Part shown: piece after piece, positions 28,003-33,271 of the stretch | Position numbering within the stretch: the first letter of the stretch is position 1 | Layout: each line of letters starts with the position of its first letter | From: an uncultured Candidatus Saccharibacteria bacterium | Lineage (GTDB): Bacteria > Patescibacteriota > Minisyncoccia > 2-02-FULL-40-12 > IGHO2-01-FULL-4-A | DNA: 33,271 nucleotides | Assembly (NCBI GenBank): GCA_964367475.1 | Contig: CAYIXQ010000003.1 | Coordinates: 8,811-42,081, forward strand | Direction of reading: 5' to 3' | Notes under the pieces: model-generated | The model's database searches: none | Seen by the model: only the letters and a program-made list of their open reading frames with translations | What the model was told of the DNA's origin: nothing | Translations under genes and position numbers: made by a program

Positions 28003-28022
28003 CCAATTGAGCTATGGGCGGA
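28003..28022 (-). repeat. Duplicated tRNA-Lys 5' end (20-bp direct repeat)
   Basis: CCAATTGAGCTATGGGCGGA occurs at 27838-27857 and 28003-28022. Confidence 0.9.
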
Positions 28023-28066
28023 AATGCTATCGGGCAGGAATTATTATAAAACAATATCAAAGAATT

Positions 28067-28954
28067 CTAGAAAATCAAAGCATTCCTGGTAAGTTCAAAC
28101 ACCGGAACCGTCAGGGCGAGTATAAACATAGCCGTATTGAAGATACTGGCCAAGACGAGTTTTTTATTCAATTGACGGAAAAGGATAAGCACCGCCGAGG
28201 CAAAAAATATTATCAGTGAATAAAATACAAAAACCGTATTCAAATTTTTAGCCACAGCTTGAACCAGCTGGGGTGGTTTAACAGCCTCGAGCCTTATGGG
28301 TAAATCTGCTACATGAGTAACTGAAGACTCGTTCTGGAAAGGAAATTTAGTAATTACTGGCGATTGGTCAATTGGTGATTGGCTGGGTGAAGACAGTAAG
28401 GTAGCGCCAGCAACCGCGGGGGCCACTTTTAATGACAACTTAGGCGAGCCAAAGAGTTGTACCACCAGCGTTCCCTCAATATCCTTGATTTTGACCGGCG
28501 CCACCGCCACTCCAATATCTTCAAATTTCGAATTCATCAGATTATTGCGGTGGCTTGGAGAATTAACCCAGGCTTTTACGGTATCTCCGGCATTAATGAA
28601 ACCGATGGCTAAATTTTCGCCAGCCCGGGAATATTCATATTTATTATTTTTTATCCAATCCCACGGCGATACTCCTGACGGACTAAAATGGGCAAAGTAT
28701 TCCTTCTTGGCCATGTCTAGCAGTTTTTGATTAGCAGCCGCGTTTAGGGCAAAATTTTCTCGAAGCTTTATCAATCCATTGACTGACCTAGCCATGTTTG
28801 TTTGGGATATGATTTCTTCTTTTGAAAAACTTGGTAGTCCCTGAAGTAGGACAGCTAATTGAAAACCAGAATATGAGAAAACAAGTTTTATTAAAACCAG
28901 GGCGATGAAATTCCAGAAAATGAATTTGCTATCCCAGATAAATCGTGACAACAT
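28067..28954 (-). CDS. CAP/SCP domain membrane protein
   Basis: YFAHFSP, AGENLA, AWVNSPSHRNN, VVQLFG; N- and C-terminal TM helices. Confidence 0.9.
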   Translation of the reverse strand: MLSRFIWDSKFIFWNFIALVLIKLVFSYSGFQLAVLLQGLPSFSKEEIISQTNMARSVNGLIKLRENFALNAAANQKLLDMAKKEYFAHFSPSGVSPWDWIKNNKYEYSRAGENLAIGFINAGDTVKAWVNSPSHRNNLMNSKFEDIGVAVAPVKIKDIEGTLVVQLFGSPKLSLKVAPAVAGATLLSSPSQSPIDQSPVITKFPFQNESSVTHVADLPIRLEAVKPPQLVQAVAKNLNTVFVFYSLIIFFASAVLILFRQLNKKLVLASIFNTAMFILALTVPVFELTRNALIF

Positions 28955-28997
28955 AGGCGTTTTCCTTTTATACCTTATTTATTAAACCTATTAACGT

Positions 28998-30605
28998 TTA
29001 ATTTACTGGATGAGCTTTTTGAATATTATCCCAAAAATCAGATTGTCTTGCTCGAAAACCCCTTCCATTGGTTATTGGAATCTCTAATGACAAATAATTG
29101 TCTAGATGCGGATTATAAGTTTCCCACACCGGATCATTTCCACCATTCGGGTTGTTTGTTGCCGCCAATCTGGTCCAATATCGGTCAATGGTTTTGGCCA
29201 ACACCAGTTCTTCGGCGTCAGGCGGAGATTCAAATTTTTGGAAAATAAAAGCATCTTGTATGCCGTGGGCCGGTCCATACTGGCTCCAAATTCCGTTCCG
29301 AAAAGTATGGGCAAAAACCGTCTTCCAAACTGATTTTTTTTGATGAGCGGCCAAAGCTCGTGCGTAACGCCTGGCTGGAGCCGTATAATCATAATCGCTG
29401 AAAATGGCGATCAGGGCAAAGTAGGGGGAAAGATACTCGTAGCTTAGATATTGCTTCAAAATTGGTTCTGGTCCTCCGGGGACAAATGCCCAATAATCTC
29501 TCACCGCTTTTTGGTATTCCTCATCAGTAGTTATTGGTTCAGGATATACCGTCTGAATAACAGTGTTAAATTCTTCCGCCGTTGAGAGCACGATAACCGG
29601 GACCCGATTGTGCTTGCCTTTTTTAATTATCTCCAGGCGCGGTTCGGGCAAAACATAGTTGTCAATACTGGGAGCATAGGAGAATGCCTTCCCTGCCTCC
29701 ATGGTCAGGGGTAGTGTTTCATAGATTTCTCTAGCACTGTGCGAACGAAGGCACTTGGCAATGTCCTTAACTTTAGCGCAACCCAAAGCTTGGGCAAGAA
29801 GCGTACCTTTTGCTTCAGTTTCTTTTAAACTGGCTGTATAATCATCCGCGCTTTGAATAATTGCGCTAGTGAATAGCCCTTTGGCTTGGGGAGAGGCCAG
29901 AAGCACAGTAACACTGGAGCCCCCCGCTGAAGTGCCAAAAATCATAACCTTGTTTGGATCGCCACCAAAACTAGAAATATTTTCCTGGACCCATTTAAGA
30001 GACTGAATCTGGTCCATGAAGCCATAATTGCCCGACCCGCCATAACCGGATTCGGCGGAGAGGGCCGAATGACCGAGAAATCCTAGAGTTCCTAGCCGAT
30101 AATTAATTGTTACCACGATAGAATTGAATTCTTTTGCTAAAACGTCTCCCTCATAGGCATATACCCTTTTCCCGGTGCTGTCATTGAAACTATCATCTGC
30201 AGAACCCAGAAAGTATGCTCCGCCGTGAATATAGAAAAGGACGGGCAAAGGCTCTGTTGATGCCAGGTTAGGAGTCCAGACGTTTAGGAAAAGACAGTCT
30301 TCACTACCGATAAATTTGGTAGAACGGTTTGGTGCGTCTGGCTGGAAACATTTGCTACCATATTTTGTTGCTTTCTTAATTCCTTTCCATGGTCTGAGTG
30401 GTTGCGGTGGCTGCCAGCGAAGATTACCAATTGGAGGGGCGGCATAGGGGATGCCTTTAAAAGCTGAGATTCCGTTACTATATATTCCTTGAACGAGTCC
30501 AGTGTTGGTAGAAATTATTTCAGATGGCCTAAAGTTATTAAATTTGAGGCGCATGATAAAGAAAATCAAGATTATAATGGTTACTAAAATTAGTATTTTT
30601 TGCAT
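28998..30605 (-). CDS. Type-B carboxylesterase/lipase, secreted or anchored
   Basis: FKGIPYAAPP, SEDCLFLNVW, HGG, NYRLG, GTSAG nucleophile, AHG His. Confidence 0.93.
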   Translation of the reverse strand: MQKILILVTIIILIFFIMRLKFNNFRPSEIISTNTGLVQGIYSNGISAFKGIPYAAPPIGNLRWQPPQPLRPWKGIKKATKYGSKCFQPDAPNRSTKFIGSEDCLFLNVWTPNLASTEPLPVLFYIHGGAYFLGSADDSFNDSTGKRVYAYEGDVLAKEFNSIVVTINYRLGTLGFLGHSALSAESGYGGSGNYGFMDQIQSLKWVQENISSFGGDPNKVMIFGTSAGGSSVTVLLASPQAKGLFTSAIIQSADDYTASLKETEAKGTLLAQALGCAKVKDIAKCLRSHSAREIYETLPLTMEAGKAFSYAPSIDNYVLPEPRLEIIKKGKHNRVPVIVLSTAEEFNTVIQTVYPEPITTDEEYQKAVRDYWAFVPGGPEPILKQYLSYEYLSPYFALIAIFSDYDYTAPARRYARALAAHQKKSVWKTVFAHTFRNGIWSQYGPAHGIQDAFIFQKFESPPDAEELVLAKTIDRYWTRLAATNNPNGGNDPVWETYNPHLDNYLSLEIPITNGRGFRARQSDFWDNIQKAHPVN

Positions 30606-30655
30606 CAGTTTTCTGGATTAGATAACTGCATTTGAACGGCCCATTTTCCCGCTTG

Positions 30656-30728
30656 CACGCCCGGAGGGGCTCGAACCCCCAACCTACTCCTTCGAAGGGA
30701 GCCGCTCTTCCGATTGAGCTACGGGCGC
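30656..30728 (-). tRNA. tRNA-Arg(TCG)
   Basis: Acceptor GCGCCCG/CGGGCGT, anticodon loop CT-TCG-AA, GGTTCGA T arm. Confidence 0.95.
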
Positions 30729-30748
30729 AAATAGTTCTATATATTTAA

Positions 30749-30780
30749 CCAAAAAACTTGCCTGACGGCAAGTTTTTTGG
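30749..30780. terminator. Intrinsic terminator, bidirectional-type
   Basis: CCAAAAAACTTGCC-tgac-GGCAAGTTTTTTGG right after the 3D-domain gene stop. Confidence 0.8.
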
Positions 30781-30786
30781 CGGAAT

Positions 30787-31419
30787 TTATGATTCCAAAA
30801 TTTGGATTTTCAAACTCTTAATCCCGAATTGCAATGCGCTCTCTCGATCTGGAAACCAGATATCAACCCTTTGCCAATACCTCTTGTTCATTCTGTCCTC
30901 AACTATGAAGATTCTGTCGCCGAAAACCTCTGGGATTTTAATTCTTGTGCCCAGTGTCAAGAAGTTAGCAGCCACTACGCCATCTCTAACGGGCGTATTC
31001 CACGCCGTAATGAACGGAGAATCATCGGTTTGATCTGGGGTGGAAGAATACGCGGTTGTGGGCACTCTCAACTCCTGAATTACGGTAAATTTTTTATATG
31101 CCTCCGCGGTCGCTGATTTGGCAACCAGTCCTGAATGGGCGAGGATATACCCGTCTTCCAAGATGGGAGAAGCGAGTTCGGTATCAACACCGTGAACTTG
31201 GAGCCAGTTATTTTGGTTGCTTACATAAACAAATGCTCCCCGACTGTCAATTTCAGATTCGACTACCATTGTATTTCCAATTTTTTTCACCCAATCCAAA
31301 ACCCCGGCATTGGCAGTCGGAACTAGATCAAAAAGGATCAGGGCAGTAATAACCCTTAACACTAAGGCATATCTTAGAAGTGACGATTTATTAACCATAT
31401 TTGTGGTGGAAGGCAGCAC
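30787..31419 (-). CDS. 3D (Asp-Asp-Asp) domain cell-wall protein
   Basis: TAYSSTPDQTDDSPFITA, VAANFL..GTRIKI, VEDRM..RVDIW; signal-like N-terminus; start uncertain. Confidence 0.88.
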   Translation of the reverse strand: MLPSTTNMVNKSSLLRYALVLRVITALILFDLVPTANAGVLDWVKKIGNTMVVESEIDSRGAFVYVSNQNNWLQVHGVDTELASPILEDGYILAHSGLVAKSATAEAYKKFTVIQELRVPTTAYSSTPDQTDDSPFITAWNTPVRDGVVAANFLTLGTRIKIPEVFGDRIFIVEDRMNKRYWQRVDIWFPDRESALQFGIKSLKIQILES

Positions 31420-31480
31420 TCAATTAAGCCTAAATTCCGCTGTTTTCCAATCAAAAAATCCCTTTCGGGACTATGCGCAT

Positions 31481-31509
31481 AGACTAGCACGAATACGCTA
31501 AAAAGTCAA
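31481..31509 (-). promoter_or_regulatory. Putative promoter of the 3D-domain gene
   Basis: TTGACT-N17-TAGTCT with TG extended -10. Confidence 0.6.
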
Positions 31510-31540
31510 CACATTTGGATCGTCAGATTAAGACCTTTCA

Positions 31541-31579
31541 TAACTAAAAAAAACACCCCCGGAAGGCGTTTTTTAGTTA
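31541..31579 (-). terminator. Probable terminator after tRNA-Gly
   Basis: TAACTAAAAAA...TTTTTTAGTTA arms around a short imperfect GC stem; long U tract on the minus strand. Confidence 0.55.
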
Positions 31580-31584
31580 ATTTG

Positions 31585-31656
31585 AGCGGGCGAGCGGAGT
31601 CAAACCGCCGTCTCGTCTTTGGCAAAGACGTATAATAATCGCTATACGACACCCGC
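31585..31656 (-). tRNA. tRNA-Gly(GCC)
   Basis: Acceptor GCGGGTG/CGCCCGC, CGTCT-TTGCCAA-AGACG arm, U discriminator; atypical D and T loops. Confidence 0.88.
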
Positions 31657-31659
31657 AGT

Positions 31660-32352
31660 TCAGTTTTCAATCATACCTCTAATCCAACCCATGATTCGGT
31701 GATAAAGCTCGGTGCTGTTTACTCTAACTTGAATTGTACCGTAAGGCAAGATATTAAAGGGTCGTTTATGCTGGCTAGAAATACTTGTACCGTAATACAT
31801 TTTCCTAAAGTTATTATAAGGTATTTCCGTCATCTTACTCCAAAAATCTAGAAGGTAGTTTCCATTTTGATGCTGATAAATTCTTAGGTCGGCTGTTATT
31901 CTATCTTCTGGTACATTGCAAATTTCTCTGAGAAATCTAAGAAATAATTTTATTAAACCGGGATCAGAATTAGTTAAACTTACCGAATGATGAGTTTTTA
32001 CCTTTCCCTTTTCTAATTTGGGTCTTTTATAGCCTTTAGCCCAATAAAGAGCCACGCCTATGAGAAACAGGTCTCTTCTTAATAACTTGCCAATGTCTTT
32101 TTTTGCGTTTGTCTGTGTTTTGCTGGCCCTTTCTTCGGCCAATTTAGATTGGAGCCGATTCCTTTTTATTAGACCCCCGACTGATTTAGAATAAACTCTA
32201 TTAGCTATTCTTTCTCTGGCAAACGATGACAGTTCTAAACCCGTAAACCATCCAGAAAGAGTGGATTTTGGAACCCCAAGTAAATCAACTATCTCATTAT
32301 AGCTTCTTCCCTGAAGACGAAGTTTAAGAGCTTTATTTCTGTCGGACCTCAT
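31660..32352 (-). CDS. N-terminal HTH plus LAGLIDADG-like domain protein
   Basis: HTH SYNEIVDLLGVPKSTLSGW; LIGVALYWAKG resembles a LAGLIDADG helix, then LTNSDP..FLRFL and YGTIQVRV. Confidence 0.75.
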   Translation of the reverse strand: MRSDRNKALKLRLQGRSYNEIVDLLGVPKSTLSGWFTGLELSSFARERIANRVYSKSVGGLIKRNRLQSKLAEERASKTQTNAKKDIGKLLRRDLFLIGVALYWAKGYKRPKLEKGKVKTHHSVSLTNSDPGLIKLFLRFLREICNVPEDRITADLRIYQHQNGNYLLDFWSKMTEIPYNNFRKMYYGTSISSQHKRPFNILPYGTIQVRVNSTELYHRIMGWIRGMIEN

Positions 32353-32417
32353 TACTTATAAGTATAGCGCCGATGGTTCGGTTCCTGAACCGTTAAATGT
32401 GGATATCTGAATGTTGA

Positions 32418-32451
32418 TAACTTTAAAAGCCCCATAGGGCTTTTAAAGTTA
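32418..32451. terminator. Perfect 15-bp hairpin after tRNA-Phe
   Basis: TAACTTTAAAAGCCC-cata-GGGCTTTTAAAGTTA. Confidence 0.7.
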
Positions 32452-32462
32452 GGTATGCAGAA

Positions 32463-32766
32463 TGCCGCGGGTCGGAATCGAACCGACGACGCCAGCCTCT
32501 TCCGAAGCTAATTGGACTATATCATCTCCGATCTTTATAATTTATAATCGGAGCCGGGCGCTTGTAAGGGATTATTGTTGGGACTCACCCTTTAGTCTCT
32601 ACACCTTACGAAAAACCAGTGCCCTCTTCGTCTTGGCTCGGGATTGTAATCTAATTAACCATTTTGTTAGAGTAGTTTTCCCGAATTCACCCGGTTTTCA
32701 ATCTACATTACTGCAGAAAGCCCCAAAGATTTAGGGCTGCGCTCTAAACCACTGAGCTACCGCGGC
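32463..32766 (-). tRNA. tRNA-Phe(GAA), intron-containing (exons 32766-32733 and 32502-32463)
   Basis: Joined exons give a full cloverleaf: acceptor GCCGCGG/CCGCGGC, CAGCC-CT^GAAGA-GGCTG anticodon arm, GGTTCGATTCC T arm. Confidence 0.93.
32503..32732 (-). ncRNA. Group I intron (230 nt)
   Basis: Follows exon U and ends in G; P1 AGCCCU/GGGGCU with U-G; P/Q AATTCGGGAAA/AATCCCGAGC; R GTAGAGACTA; S GATATAGTCC; P3 CCGGGTG/CGCCCGG. Confidence 0.9.
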
Positions 32767-32784
32767 TATAATTTTATCGACCTG

Positions 32785-32856
32785 TGGGCCCAGGAGGAAT
32801 CGAACCTCCCACCTCTTCAATGTCAATGAAGCGTTCTGCCAGTGAACTATGAGCCC
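32785..32856 (-). tRNA. tRNA-Val(GAC)
   Basis: Acceptor GGGCTCA/TGGGCCC, CTTCA-TTGACAT-TGAAG arm, GGTTCGATTCC. Confidence 0.95.
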
Positions 32857-33013
32857 AAACCGTTTACGACTTTTTCGTAGAACATTTTGCTAAAGTATAA
32901 TAACTTTCTTTGTATAACAACTGAAGCAACCGAGACGCGCCTCAAGACATATATACCTTTAAGCTATATTCTTGCGATATAAATCGCACATCAATAAGTC
33001 GTATAGTATTATT

Positions 33014-33265
33014 CTATTCTACCGTGTAAAGAGTAGATCCTTCTTTGGCTTTCTGGGAAAGTTTAATGGCGACCTCGTCGCCAGCCTTAGCAAAATTAAC
33101 CTCGGCGTGATCAATTTGCATTGATTCGACAACGGTTTCAAATCCCTGATCACCACGGCGAACCCTGATCGAATCGCCGACTTTTAGCTGGCCAGTAAGC
33201 CTAGTGACAGCTACTCCAATTTTATCGTACCAGTGGATGACTTTTCCTATTTCTTTTTCTGCCAT
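33014..33265 (-). CDS. Small beta-barrel protein (EF-Tu domain II / peptidase U32 C-terminal-like)
   Basis: IGKVIHWYDKIGVA, LKVGDSI, VESMQID..AKAGDEVAIK. Confidence 0.8.
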   Translation of the reverse strand: MAEKEIGKVIHWYDKIGVAVTRLTGQLKVGDSIRVRRGDQGFETVVESMQIDHAEVNFAKAGDEVAIKLSQKAKEGSTLYTVE

Positions 33266-33271
33266 TTTTTT

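Noticed and set aside
27838-28022. CRISPR array
   Set aside because: Only two repeat copies, tRNA-derived, with a 145-nt spacer and no cas genes.
194-31501. Numerous 60-120 aa ORFs nested in or antisense to identified genes
   Set aside because: Shadow ORFs with no motifs or independent expression signals.
31420-31510. c-di-AMP riboswitch before the 3D-domain gene
   Set aside because: The leader is too short and lacks the conserved ydaO-type elements.
32462-32734. 90-aa + strand ORF
   Set aside because: Antisense to the tRNA-Phe exon and group I intron; not an intron-encoded protein.

Overview
Replication-origin region of a small-genome bacterium, most likely Patescibacteria/CPR (Parcubacteria-like). 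This is inferred from the chromosomal VirB6/PrgI/VirB4 locus, shortened YebC and Jag, rare Shine-Dalgarno motifs and an HTH-LAGLIDADG-like gene among tRNAs; TGA acts as stop (code 11). Gene order: a T4SS-like cluster interrupted by two antisense paralogous small genes; flippase-jag-yidC-yidD-rnpA-rpmH (minus); dnaA-oriC-dnaN; class A PBP; tyrS; ruvC-yebC-ruvB; a candidate 6S RNA; PilB/GspE ATPase; nusA-tig-DoxX-cysteine desulfurase; then a tRNA-rich accessory segment (Lys, Arg, Gly, Phe, Val). Main observations: (1) tRNA-Phe(GAA) split at 33/34 by a compact 230-nt group I intron with essentially no P9, beside a free-standing HTH-LAGLIDADG-like gene; (2) an unannotated 6S-like RNA; (3) small palindromic elements with CCCG-type ends, one apparently rewiring the ruvB start; (4) a duplicated tRNA-Lys 5' end flanking a hairpin-rich 145-nt insert. 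All calls are by-eye recognition; no searches or folding were run.
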